From Psilocybe cubensis (taxonomy: Eukaryota), in contig CM039006.1 of the NCBI GenBank assembly GCA_017499595.2, positions 1,922,001-1,986,000 of the forward strand: DNA of 64,000 nt. The letters run 5' to 3'. Shown here one piece after another: positions 1-10,596 of this stretch. Position 1 is the first letter of the stretch, and each line of letters opens with the position of its first letter. Made by a program: the position numbers and the translations under genes. Below the pieces are notes generated by a model. The model worked only from the letters and a program-made list of their open reading frames with translations. It made no database searches and was not told the origin of the DNA.

Positions 1-3000
1 TGGTGATGGTGGCTGTTCTATTTGTGGGGCCTCATGTGTGGAATCGTAAGGTGGTGTGGAAATATGACCATAATGGGCTGTCGCATTGAATTGAGAAGTT
101 CCCGAGTCATCTTGATACATTGAGTCATAATCGGAAGCGTAGAGACCGTGAGAGGAGTCCTGAGTCGAGTCATGTTCGCAGTTGGAGTCAGAGAAAGAGG
201 GTGCATCTTGTGAAGTGGATAAGTCCTCATTTGGGTTAGCAGATTCGTCCCGATTCAGAGATTGTTGCCTAGTAAGGATAGATAACTCGATCATGGAAGG
301 GGTAGGTGATGGATAGCGAAGGTCGTCCAATAATTCACCGGGTTCTAGATCTTCTTCAATTTCACCTTCTTCGGCATCCGGATTAGCTAAGGAGAGGTCG
401 TTGTGTGCTAACATTGTGTGGGGGGTCTTGTCGTAAATGGTATCCGTGAAGTAACGCCGGTCGTGCTGAGTATCAGGTGTCACAAGGAATTTCTGCTCAC
501 GTGTAGGATCTTTGACGTCATAGAAGGCAATGAAGGTCCCTTCGGGTCGTTCTAGAATGTCCACATAGTTGTCACGGGTCCATGGACGTCCCAAGAGTAT
601 ATCAAACTGGACTTTGTCGGATACATAGCAATGAGCACGCGTCCTGACTGTACCAATATCAAGTTGAACATTTCCAACGAATCCAAGCATGTGGGATTTG
701 CCGCCATGAATATCGACCATAACAATAGTATTCCGGCTGTCCATCGGCAACTTGACAATCTTCTTCCAAGCCTGTTCGCTTAGAATGTTCTGCGTAGATC
801 CACTGTCAATCAAGGCATTGAGTTCGTGACCATTACACATTAATGTGATTCGAAGAAGGGGCTCGTGAGCGCGAAGGGATTCGACTGAATTGGTCTCGTG
901 CATGTATTGAACAGGTACGTCCTTTTCGGCACTGCGAATGATGTCTAGAACTTCCTTATCGGAAAGCTTTAAGTTGCCGTTTGCCAATGAAGCTTTGAAT
1001 TCGTCGACAGTAAGGGTCTTGCCTTTGATGCTGTTGATAAGAAGGGTCCTAAGGTCCTTTGAAACTCCAAGTAGCTCGCCGAACGTCGCATTAACGGGTT
1101 GATTAAGGCATCGTCTGAGAATGGCCATAGTGTCGACAGTTTGGGATATGTCAGAGACACGTTTCTGAGGTGCTGCACGTGGCTTGGTAACTGATTTGCC
1201 TCGTTCTAGACTAGGAGTGACATCTTCCATGATTTGATCATCATCGGCCGGATCAAAAACCTCGTGTCGTTGGGCAGTCTCGGGATGTTCCGTTGGATTT
1301 GCCCTAATCGGGACATTGGGTTGAGCTTGTTTGACAGGAATTGATGGATTCATTTCGGCAGAAGGTTGATTAATTGACGGGATTGGGACAGGTTGAATGG
1401 AAGTGGAGCTAGGCACGTTGTTCGGCAATCCAGAGTTAGCCGGACGTTTAAGAATAGATGGGATCTGAGAAGAATCCTTAGCTTTACTCATTTCCGCTCG
1501 CTTCCCTTTCAGATACGCGGGTTCCGGAGGTACCACAGCGTCCATGACCTGTTTGCGTGCAGCACGTGTTCGCTTTTCAGTTGGGATTCGATTACCAGGA
1601 CCTGCCAGCGTAAACTCAAACTCGTCTTCTCCATCCCAGGTTCCAATGTCGTCCTCTTCTTCTTCTGCAACCATGGCTCTGTAGTTCTTGAACATCTGAC
1701 CATAATATGCTTCGGATACGGCTATGCTTGTGGTAGCAACTTGAGGAGGAGGAGGAGGAGGAGGCTGTTGTTGACGAAGGACTGCTTGTGCGATTGACTC
1801 TCCATTCTGGCGAATAATGCGGGATCCATCAGGGAAGACAACTCGATTGCTACTGTCTCTGGAGATGAGCTTGCGGTTTGTAAGATCAATGAGCGTCGGG
1901 CAGTTGTTGATTCCATGGCCTTGTTGGTGGCAACCATAGCAGATGATCTCGGATGTGGACTGACGTGGTGCTCGTGGTGCTGGAGGTGCTGACTGACTTG
2001 CGATTGGGACTGGCTGAGCTGGCTGTGCACTTGGATTCATAATGGCCGGAGCAATGAGCATGTTAGCAAGAGCGGGTTCCAACTTGATGGCGCGAAGATA
2101 ATAAATGGCGTACGAAGAATCATGGATGGTGAGCTTCGACATCTGCTTGATCAAGTTCTCCACTTCGTCGTCCTTGTGCGCTTGCTTCTCTTCCTTGTCT
2201 AGATCCTGAAAAATGCGCTTGGTCTCTTCCGGGGGATTGTATGGACGTTCACGGGCATCGCGTGTCTCAATGTTAGGAAACATCTCCTGTAAGTACTTCT
2301 TGATCTCGTCAAAGACTGATGAGCGCTCTGGATACGAATCCTTTGGAGGAATAAGAGACGTGAAGGGGCGTGCAGAAGGATTGTCAAAGATTCCAACGTC
2401 AAAGCGGTCTCGTTTAAAGATGATTTCAACTGCCTTGGTGACGTCTTCAATGGAAAAAGGTGAGGAGAGATCGATATGAGGATTAAAGACCATGATCTTG
2501 CTTTCGAGCGCAGGTCGGAGGGATTCATTGATTCCTAGCCAGAAGTATTGATTGTATTCCGTCTTGGATATCTTGTTGTTGTTGAGAAGCCAACCAGCGA
2601 TGCGAATGTATTGCTTCTGATACTCGCGGAAATCGTCGAGAGAGCGCATAGAAAGATTGGAGTGTTGGAAAGCATAAGCACGAAGAGTACTCAACGTGAA
2701 CTTCTGCGTCGTCCTAGCATGGTCAAAGATTTTGAGCATATCAGTCTTGAGTCGTTCCCATTGCTTGGCATGGTGGCTGGGTAAACCTTCAATGATTTCT
2801 CTGCTCTCTTGGTTGCAGCATTGAACCATGTATCGTACTTTGTCATTGTCGAGAGTGACATTGTACTGATCAAAAATGCGGTCGCAGTGATCCAAGAAGT
2901 TCTTGACGTCGACGTAAGATCCAGTGAATTTTGGAGCAGCACTAGATTTAGGAACAGGCATATCGACAGGAGTACGTTGGATGATGGTAGTAGCCATAGT

Positions 3001-3039
3001 GGGAGTAGAGGATGGAAGCGGATTGCCAGAATCAGTCAT
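1..3039 (-). CDS. gag: Gag-aspartic protease polyprotein of Gypsy copy A (partial, runs off the window)
   Basis: ATG at 3039 (MTDSGNPLPSS), same as ORF 29674..33558; CCHC knuckle CYGCHQQGHGINNC and protease motif ALIDSGS. Confidence 0.9.
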   Translation of the reverse strand, partial: MTDSGNPLPSSTPTMATTIIQRTPVDMPVPKSSAAPKFTGSYVDVKNFLDHCDRIFDQYNVTLDNDKVRYMVQCCNQESREIIEGLPSHHAKQWERLKTDMLKIFDHARTTQKFTLSTLRAYAFQHSNLSMRSLDDFREYQKQYIRIAGWLLNNNKISKTEYNQYFWLGINESLRPALESKIMVFNPHIDLSSPFSIEDVTKAVEIIFKRDRFDVGIFDNPSARPFTSLIPPKDSYPERSSVFDEIKKYLQEMFPNIETRDARERPYNPPEETKRIFQDLDKEEKQAHKDDEVENLIKQMSKLTIHDSSYAIYYLRAIKLEPALANMLIAPAIMNPSAQPAQPVPIASQSAPPAPRAPRQSTSEIICYGCHQQGHGINNCPTLIDLTNRKLISRDSSNRVVFPDGSRIIRQNGESIAQAVLRQQQPPPPPPPQVATTSIAVSEAYYGQMFKNYRAMVAEEEEDDIGTWDGEDEFEFTLAGPGNRIPTEKRTRAARKQVMDAVVPPEPAYLKGKRAEMSKAKDSSQIPSILKRPANSGLPNNVPSSTSIQPVPIPSINQPSAEMNPSIPVKQAQPNVPIRANPTEHPETAQRHEVFDPADDDQIMEDVTPSLERGKSVTKPRAAPQKRVSDISQTVDTMAILRRCLNQPVNATFGELLGVSKDLRTLLINSIKGKTLTVDEFKASLANGNLKLSDKEVLDIIRSAEKDVPVQYMHETNSVESLRAHEPLLRITLMCNGHELNALIDSGSTQNILSEQAWKKIVKLPMDSRNTIVMVDIHGGKSHMLGFVGNVQLDIGTVRTRAHCYVSDKVQFDILLGRPWTRDNYVDILERPEGTFIAFYDVKDPTREQKFLVTPDTQHDRRYFTDTIYDKTPHTMLAHNDLSLANPDAEEGEIEEDLEPGELLDDLRYPSPTPSMIELSILTRQQSLNRDESANPNEDLSTSQDAPSFSDSNCEHDSTQDSSHGLYASDYDSMYQDDSGTSQFNATAHYGHISTPPYDSTHEAPQIEQPPSP

Positions 3040-3214
3040 AGCGTAAACCAGTTACAGAGTCAGAAAGTGTTGCCTAGAATTGTTGCCTAGAGTTGCCTAG
3101 AGAATAGACCAGCGAAGCGAAGTAACCTGTAAAGAAAAAGAGTCGAAATGGATGGAATGGAAGTGATAAAGTGGTAGATTGCTGTGTTCCTAATACAAAA
3201 TCCTAATTAACCCT

Positions 3215-3232
3215 CCCTCGCGGTGGGCTCCA
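3215..3232 (-). other. Primer-binding site of Gypsy A
   Basis: TGGAGCCCACCGCGAG begins 2 nt inside the 5' LTR end (TGG complements tRNA CCA); the priming tRNA was not identified. Confidence 0.65.
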
Positions 3233-3234
3233 GA

Positions 3235-4863
3235 TGAAGATCGAAGTTTGTGATTGGTTATAAACTATATGTAATCCAACAAACACAAACCCCAGGGAAA
3301 GAGTGGTCCAGACTGGATAGGACGAAACCTTCTCCTAAGTTTCTTAAGGGAGGACGCTGCCTAGGATTTAAGTAGATTAGGATGGTGTGGATTGTGAAGG
3401 GTAACGAAAGCGAAATAGTAAGATGAGGATAACCGGGTCGTCTGGGTACGATAGTAAATAAGCCTTCCGAAAATGGGATGGAACCGTGGAATTGGATGGC
3501 GGGTGTATATGGAAAGCGTGAAGAAGATGCGTAGAATGCGTATGAGAAATCAATAAATGTGAATCTTAGAGGGGTTGTCTGAAGTGAGTGGGGAACGTTC
3601 CGAGGGGAGATAAGAAGATGACTAGGAGTCGGAATGTCGTTAACGGGCTGAATCTTGAAGAATGGTGAAAGTGTCTTTAAATTGACAATCTTTCTGAAGC
3701 TTGGAATGAAGCTATACATCGCAGGAGTATTGACTGAATCGAGGATGAAAGACTAAGTCTGTCTCGAATGAAATCGCTCCAGATGAGTTGACGGAGGGAA
3801 AGGATGTCTTGAATACACTCCTAACGGCGATGGTTGGAAGGTGTAGAAAGAGTAGGAGCGGTGACGGAGTGAATGGAGGAGAGGAAGTAGGGAAGTACTG
3901 GAGGTCTGGATAGAAGTTGGATATTCAACGCTGAGAAGAAGAGGCGTTGGATGAGGAGGATGACTGGTCTTGGATGAAATCCTCTCTTAATGGAAAGCGA
4001 GATGACTTCGGATGAATGGAAGTAAACTTGGTCTCGACGGAGGGTGGAACTGATGACTGAATTGGACTTGGGTTTGGGCTTGGCTTGAACTTGAGCTTGG
4101 AATTGAAATGAATCGATGTGGATTGACTTGAAATTGACTTGACTTGGATGAAAATTGACTTGCTTTGAAGAAAGTGGGGACTGGGTGTAACTTTCCTGTC
4201 ATTTCGTGTAATTCTACTACAGCTTTTATACTAAAAGCTACGTGAACGAAATACCAATCTAAGCTACTGAAAACCGAGTCATATACTGTACAAAGTGTCA
4301 AGAATGAGGCTACGCAAGTGTAACAATAAGCAAGAACAATAAGACATGTCAATATCGACACGACGACAGATAAGAAATGAATAGGATGAGTAAGAAAGAA
4401 GTGTATGACGAAGGTGAATGGTAATACAGATTAGATAAAAGAAGCAAGGATGAGTCAGAAAGCATAGAAGATTGGTAAGACAAAGACAATAAAAGCGCAA
4501 CAGACAATAGAAAAGATATAAATAAACACAAAAGGATGAGTAAGACAAACCAAAAATAAGTTGGAATGAGTAATCCGCAGCCTGACGCTGAGTAAGACCA
4601 TTGAATTGATAAAAATAGAGTTGACAGTCCGGCTGTGCAAGGCAGTGTAGAAAGCTATGCAGTTTGATGGTTGACTGATCCGTCGCATAGCCTTGATGAT
4701 CTGATGAAGTGACATGATCCGGAATAACGTGGCTCCCATGTGACAAGTGTTGATAAGATAAGATGTGTGGATGACTTATGGAAAGAATGACTGCTTGGGT
4801 TGAGGGCGTCGTGTGTAGATCCAAAATGAACATCTCATCTCCAATCAGGATTGGGGTATGATA
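3235..4863 (-). repeat. 5' LTR of Gypsy copy A (1629 bp)
   Basis: Nearly identical to 23901-25529 and 33754-35382; + strand ends TGAAGA...GTATGATA; TATAAAAG on the minus strand at 4230-4223. Confidence 0.95.
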
Positions 4864-4882
4864 ACGTCCTCTGCCCCCTCAT

Positions 4883-7800
4883 ATGGCGAGGCCTCCGGTC
4901 GTACCTGTTATCACTCATCGCTCTCCCACCATTTCCCCTACTACCCGTTTTCACCAACCTTCTTCCCCGGCTTTGACACACTTGTCTGCTATTACACCTG
5001 GAGCTGCTGCTCAACAATTGCGGAACCCTGTTGCTATACCATTGCCCCCTAGTACCACATCACACAGCCAATCTACCGGATCGCGTCCGAGGGAGACTCC
5101 CCGACAGGCACCAGGACATGGAGGTGTGCCACCCACAGACCTTTCCCCCCCTCAATACTCCTCTCCGCCTTCTAGTAGTTCTCGATCTGGTGTATCTAGT
5201 GATCCTAGCTCTGGCGGTTCTTCTACCCTCTTTTCTTCGGACTACTTATTCTTAGAAAACCAATCTTCTTCGCGTTCTAGTACACATTCTGTTTCAAATT
5301 CACATGCCCGTATGCCTTCTACACCTGTTAACCATACAGGCTCTTTTTCTCTTTCTTCACCTTTCTCTCTTCTTTCTCGTCCCTCGCGGGATAATGCGCA
5401 TTCGATCCGGGAACCCACTCCTATCCGCTCTGTTACAAAGACTCAACCTGCGATACACAACTCTGCCACTCGACCACCAATTACTCCGCGCGTCCCTTCT
5501 CATGTCCATTTCCCTGGCGGTTACGCACCCTCGGCAAGACTATACCACGTCCCTGTTCACCAAAATCCTGTCTCGGTTTCTGCGTTACCTCCGTCCACGA
5601 AAGAAATTCCTGTCCTGACTGGTCGTGAGAATTGGACTGCCTGGAATAACGGTGTTACGTTGCTCATCACTTCATTGGGTTTATACGGTCACATTGCGGA
5701 CGATTGGCAAACTCACCCCAATGCGTTAACCGACCCTCTCCTGCTGCCCTCGTACCCGCCAGACCTGCTCCCCAACTACACAGACCAGGACCTTGCTTTG
5801 CACACTCGCTGGTGGGCACAAGACAACCAAGTCCTTTGGGTTCTAACGTCTCGTTTGTCAACAACAGTCTTAAGCAGCATCCCTACTGCTCTTCCTACAG
5901 CTGGACAACGTCGCTCTTCACGAGAGATCTATACCCATCTCCGGTCACTTTATAGCATTGGTGATTACCACTCTGCCATGTTGGTTGAGCAGAAACTGCG
6001 TTCTCTGCGGGTCCGTGTGGCTGGTACCTCTGGGGGTGTATCTTTGTCGGAATACATATCGACGTGGCGTGCATCTTACATCCAACTCTACGAAGCCGGC
6101 TATCCTCTGCCGCATCGTCAAGTCCTTCAGCTCCTGGTATGTGGCCTGCCTACGAACTCACTGGCTTTCATGCAAGTCCGGACATCGGTTTTCCTACAAC
6201 TTCGCAATTCTGACGACAACGCACTGCCCTCTTTTGATGAGATACTGGACACTATCCGCATTGTCGGCGATGCGCAGCATATGTCAACCACACTGCATCG
6301 TCCTGTTCCAAAATCCCCTTCTACCCGCAGTCGTCACCACTCGACCAACCCAGCACCACCACCTACAGGATCAGCAACATCTGTTCGACCTACATGTACT
6401 ACCTGTCAAGGATCTCATTTGACAGAAAACTGCTTCCAGCCCGGGGGTGCAATGGAAGGCCGGAAAGACAAGGTTTTGGCCAATCGGCGTTCACGCACTC
6501 CTGTTATGGCTCACGTCGCGGAGGTGGATACTGGTCCGGGGTTAAGTGATGAGATAGATACATTTGAAGTGGAACAGCAATCACCTGTAGTACAACAATT
6601 CGCCGCACTGTCCCTAGCTAGGCCCACATCCGCGCAATCCATTGAATTTTCTTCGTATTTCCCCTGCCCGATGCCAAATATCGCGTTAGCCGCACCTCTT
6701 GACTGGGTCCTCCTTGCTCTGTCAATATCCAACTACAATACCGCTCTTGATTCGGGATGTTCTATTCACCTGATTAAGGATCGCAGTCTATTCTGGACGT
6801 ACAACGAGCAAGAGCGTGTAATGGTGGGTACTGCAAACTGTGGAGTGATGGCTACCTGTGCCCGCGGCAGCGTCCGTATTCGGCTCCCTCTCACTGGAAA
6901 CGATGGGCGGACAATACATATTACTTGGATTCTGAAGGATTGTTTGCATGCACCGGAAGTACCATTCAACCTCATCTCCGTGGGTCAAATAGTTGAAGCC
7001 GGTGTTGCCTGTCGATTCGAACCAGGCGATGGTACGCCATATACTCGTGTCTGTTTCCCAGATAAGGGCCAGCTTGGTGGTCGACATATTGATGCCATGA
7101 TCAAACACCGCATCTCTTTCCTCCACCTCAACTTTCTCCCACCACCTACGAGTTCATCACCATCGCATATCGCTTGCCCAGCTTTGCCTATATCAAACCT
7201 GACACCAGAACTGTGGCATCGTTGTTTAGGTCACCCAGGTCATGACACAACACGAACCGTCTTAACTAAACACCTACAAAAAGGAACTGACTGGGCGGGT
7301 GACTCTCAATTACAATTCTGCGTTGCTTGTATCCTTGGGAAGGCACCACAAACCCCTTATGTGACCAATAAACATCGTGCCGCCCTCCCATGTGAGCTCA
7401 TCCACATGGACACCTGCGGTCCTTTTCCTGTTGTGACGTCGACTCAAGCCAAATATTATTTGGCCATTCTGGATGACTGTACCAACATGGGTGGGATCGG
7501 TTTGATGACGGCGAGGAATAATGCTTCTGCGATATGGCGTCGTACCACGGCAAAATGGGAGACGGCAACGGACACTAAGATTAAGGCAATCCGTATGGAT
7601 GGTGCTGCGGAGTTTGTTGGCGGGGATCTGCGTAAACTCCTGGAAGAACGCGGTATCGCTATTCAGCAGACTGCGCCATATGCCCATCAACAAAATGGCA
7701 AGATTGAACGTTATATACGTACCATTTCTGACACCGCCGCTGCTCTGATGGCCGACGCTGGTCTTCCTCCTTCATTCTGGGGGTGGGCGGTCCTAGCTGC

Positions 7801-10174
7801 GGTCTACCTGAGGAACAGGATACCCACTAAGACTTTGCCAGCTGGTACAAGCCCATACGAGCAGATGCAACGCGTCAAACCTGACCTTACCCTGTTGCGT
7901 GTATGGGGGTGTCGTTGTTTTGCATACCTGCCGGACGAACTACGAGGCAAAGGTAGCCCACTTCGATATGAAGGGATCTTTGTTGGTTACGAAGAAGACT
8001 GCTTAGGCTGGAATGTCATGGACCTTCAGGGTAAGGTGCGTTTCACACAAGATGTTATCTTCGTTGAAGATGAGCGTGGACACCTTACTTCCCCACGTAA
8101 CCGTAAACCATCCACCCCTGCACCCAAGGCATCTACCACAAACGCCCCTCTTCACATTCCCTCATCCCGCGTTCTGCGATCTCAAGCTAAGACTACCCCT
8201 GTTGTGCACACTTCACTCGTTACTCATAGACCCGACCCTACTGCTCCTATCGCCCCCTTGTCTTGCCTCTCAGAAGTTGTCCGTAACGTACATAATCTTT
8301 CTCACACTTTTATTCATCCTTTACAGACATTTGATTCACTTTCTCTTTTTGCTGACTTGAACAATATTGATTCTTTTGTAAATACATGCAAATCGGACAA
8401 CGTAGTACATGATGTTTTCTCACTTTCTGATTTCATTCCCGACGATAACCTCCCTTCTCTACACCATTCCTTTCTTTCTCACTCCCAATTCCCCTACCGC
8501 TTCTGCATTGCCGACTACAACCCCGACAAGCCACCCAAATCTTACCAGGAAGCCATGGCTCGCCCTGACCGGGACATCTGGAAGGCGGCAATGCAACGCG
8601 AATACGACAGCCTGCATAAACGTGGTGCATTTGAGCGTACGACACCTATTCCCCACGGATACAAGGCTATTGGAGTAGTATGGCGATTCTCATTCAAGTA
8701 CCATCCTGACAGTTCGATTCGTCGTGGGGAAGAAAAGGCACGTTTAGTTGCTCAAGGCTTTCACCAGCGGTATGGCATCAATTATATCCACACATACGCA
8801 CCTGTCTGCAAACCGTCCAGTGCCAAACTAATTCTTGCCCATGCAGCCCATAACGACCTCGAGATAATGAGCTTCGATGTCAAAACAGCATTCCTACATG
8901 CAAAGCTGTCATACTCCATCTACGTCAAGCAGATTCCTGGCTTCCCTGAGGCTGACTCCAACACGGTGTTAAGACTTCTGGTCGCGCTCTACGGCCTTAG
9001 GCAATCCGCACATGAGTTCTATCAATACTTCATGAAGCTACTCCTGCGCATTGGCCTTTCCCGCTGTGAGGTCGATCAATCGGTCTTTGTTGGTTACTGG
9101 AACAGCCCACCACATCCATCTATACCTGCTTTACCTAACAGCTCCCGACTCTTCCTGATCATACCGATACATGTCGATGACGGCCTGGTTGTGACCAATT
9201 CGATCCCTCTCTACAATTGGTTCATTCAACAACTGTTGCCTGACCTTGAAGTCATCGATATGGGACCTGTATCCATGTACTTAGGCTGTCGTATTACCCG
9301 CGATCGACCCCGCCGGAAACTCTGGATGTCTCAGAAACCAATGATATATGACCTTCTACAGGCGTGGGATATGTTAGAATGCACACTGACCAAGGTTCCT
9401 TTGGCCTACCCGCTCCATAAACTCCTACCGGTGCCCCACAACTCATTATCCCATATCCCGGACGGCAATATTAAAACTGATTTCCAGCGGATCGTGGGTA
9501 GCCTCATATATATCGCTATTTCCACTAGACCCGACATTGCCTACGCCGCAATGGCCCTTGGACAATACAACGCGAATCCAACGCGGGCGCACTTGCTGGC
9601 GGCGAAGGGTGTTATGCGGTATTTGGCCGGTACGATGGATTGGGGCCTGGAGTATGCGGTTGATGAGGCAGTTACTCCCAACTCGGTTGTCCCATACATT
9701 CAGGGATGCGTCTTATCTGATGCTGATTGGGCCTCCGATGAATCCAACCGTAAGAGTATATCAGGGTACTGTTTTTTCTATCAGGGTTGTCTGGTCTCCT
9801 GGTCTGCGTCTAAACAGCGTATTGTGGCGTCTTCCTCAACGGAGGCAGAATACTACTCACTTTCCCATGCACTTCGTGAAGCGATTTGGCTCCGCCTCTT
9901 CCTGACGTCGCTTTCGCTACCAGTTCCTACACCTTTTCCTATGCTTGGGGACAACAGAAGCACCCTCTGTATCGCCAACTCTGACGGCATATCAAATAGG
10001 ACCAAGCATATCGATGTGCGCTATCACCTCATTCGGGAAAAGATTGCTGACGGGACTTTCGAAACGCAATGGGTACCAACGGGCGATATGACGGCTGACA
10101 TTTTCACCAAACCACTTCCTTTTCCGATATTCTCAAAACATCGCTCATCCTTAGGTGTCATTCGTATTCCTTGA
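4883..10174 (+). CDS. Copia Gag-Pol polyprotein, 1763 aa
   Basis: Zn knuckle CTTCQGSHLTENC; PR LDSGCSIH; pre-integrase LWHRCLGH; integrase IHMDTCGP/RMDGAAEF/QNGKIER; RT KARLVAQGF, FDVKTAFL, LYGLRQ, HVDDGL; RNase H SDADWA, TEAEY, KHIDVRYH. Confidence 0.95.
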   Translation: MARPPVVPVITHRSPTISPTTRFHQPSSPALTHLSAITPGAAAQQLRNPVAIPLPPSTTSHSQSTGSRPRETPRQAPGHGGVPPTDLSPPQYSSPPSSSSRSGVSSDPSSGGSSTLFSSDYLFLENQSSSRSSTHSVSNSHARMPSTPVNHTGSFSLSSPFSLLSRPSRDNAHSIREPTPIRSVTKTQPAIHNSATRPPITPRVPSHVHFPGGYAPSARLYHVPVHQNPVSVSALPPSTKEIPVLTGRENWTAWNNGVTLLITSLGLYGHIADDWQTHPNALTDPLLLPSYPPDLLPNYTDQDLALHTRWWAQDNQVLWVLTSRLSTTVLSSIPTALPTAGQRRSSREIYTHLRSLYSIGDYHSAMLVEQKLRSLRVRVAGTSGGVSLSEYISTWRASYIQLYEAGYPLPHRQVLQLLVCGLPTNSLAFMQVRTSVFLQLRNSDDNALPSFDEILDTIRIVGDAQHMSTTLHRPVPKSPSTRSRHHSTNPAPPPTGSATSVRPTCTTCQGSHLTENCFQPGGAMEGRKDKVLANRRSRTPVMAHVAEVDTGPGLSDEIDTFEVEQQSPVVQQFAALSLARPTSAQSIEFSSYFPCPMPNIALAAPLDWVLLALSISNYNTALDSGCSIHLIKDRSLFWTYNEQERVMVGTANCGVMATCARGSVRIRLPLTGNDGRTIHITWILKDCLHAPEVPFNLISVGQIVEAGVACRFEPGDGTPYTRVCFPDKGQLGGRHIDAMIKHRISFLHLNFLPPPTSSSPSHIACPALPISNLTPELWHRCLGHPGHDTTRTVLTKHLQKGTDWAGDSQLQFCVACILGKAPQTPYVTNKHRAALPCELIHMDTCGPFPVVTSTQAKYYLAILDDCTNMGGIGLMTARNNASAIWRRTTAKWETATDTKIKAIRMDGAAEFVGGDLRKLLEERGIAIQQTAPYAHQQNGKIERYIRTISDTAAALMADAGLPPSFWGWAVLAAVYLRNRIPTKTLPAGTSPYEQMQRVKPDLTLLRVWGCRCFAYLPDELRGKGSPLRYEGIFVGYEEDCLGWNVMDLQGKVRFTQDVIFVEDERGHLTSPRNRKPSTPAPKASTTNAPLHIPSSRVLRSQAKTTPVVHTSLVTHRPDPTAPIAPLSCLSEVVRNVHNLSHTFIHPLQTFDSLSLFADLNNIDSFVNTCKSDNVVHDVFSLSDFIPDDNLPSLHHSFLSHSQFPYRFCIADYNPDKPPKSYQEAMARPDRDIWKAAMQREYDSLHKRGAFERTTPIPHGYKAIGVVWRFSFKYHPDSSIRRGEEKARLVAQGFHQRYGINYIHTYAPVCKPSSAKLILAHAAHNDLEIMSFDVKTAFLHAKLSYSIYVKQIPGFPEADSNTVLRLLVALYGLRQSAHEFYQYFMKLLLRIGLSRCEVDQSVFVGYWNSPPHPSIPALPNSSRLFLIIPIHVDDGLVVTNSIPLYNWFIQQLLPDLEVIDMGPVSMYLGCRITRDRPRRKLWMSQKPMIYDLLQAWDMLECTLTKVPLAYPLHKLLPVPHNSLSHIPDGNIKTDFQRIVGSLIYIAISTRPDIAYAAMALGQYNANPTRAHLLAAKGVMRYLAGTMDWGLEYAVDEAVTPNSVVPYIQGCVLSDADWASDESNRKSISGYCFFYQGCLVSWSASKQRIVASSSTEAEYYSLSHALREAIWLRLFLTSLSLPVPTPFPMLGDNRSTLCIANSDGISNRTKHIDVRYHLIREKIADGTFETQWVPTGDMTADIFTKPLPFPIFSKHRSSLGVIRIP

Positions 10175-10351
10175 CTTCCTTTTCTTATGTTCTTATTTCT
10201 ACTGCGGACACATATCTTCTTTTCATGGACACCCTTCTTCTTTTCATGGCTACACCTTTACCTCTTTCCTTTCTTCTTTATTTTATCCTTTTTCTTCTCT
10301 CTCTCTCTGTCTTCTTGCATGCATTCATTCGCTCTCATACATGTGGGGGTG

Positions 10352-10596
10352 TGTTAGACTCCTCATGACCTACCCTTAGACACGTGACTCACTAGTATAC
10401 ATTTGGTTTCTTTCCTTTCTCTCCCTTTCCTCAGTCGTTCATCCAAGATGTTCACTGAGGTGAGATTTAACCTACTTATGACCTACCAGCTACTTACATA
10501 GAACCTATGTAGCTTCGTGTCATTGCATAGGTACCAATCCCATAGTCGTTCATCCAAGATGTTCACTGAGCTTCGTGTCATTGCATAGGTCTGACA
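10352..10596 (+). repeat. Copia 3' LTR (245 bp) with an internal intron-containing/spliced duplication
   Basis: Follows the PPT; TG...CA ends with a 7/8 terminal inverted match; internal direct repeats 10433-10459/10544-10570 and 10513-10530/10571-10588. Confidence 0.85.

Larger units (their letters stand above)
1..4863 (-). mobile_element. Ty3/Gypsy LTR retrotransposon copy A (5' part; continues beyond window start)
   Basis: 1-4863 matches 30520-35382 (offset 30519) with about 5 substitutions seen; contains the 5' LTR, PBS and gag-protease start. Confidence 0.95.
4864..10596 (+). mobile_element. Ty1/Copia LTR retrotransposon (5' LTR displaced out of the window by Gypsy A)
   Basis: gag-PR-IN-RT-RH domain order, PPT-like TGGGGGTG at 10344-10351, 3' LTR TGTTAGAC...GTCTGACA. 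Confidence 0.93.

Noticed and set aside
3258-4833. ORFs of 94-184 aa inside the Gypsy LTRs (repeated in all three copies)
   Set aside because: Pyrimidine-rich composition, overlapping frames and no motifs; their conservation only reflects LTR identity.
1-4863. Pure assembly duplication of 30520-35382
   Set aside because: Homology stops exactly at the LTR end with different flanks and there are several substitutions; local consensus mixing is still possible.
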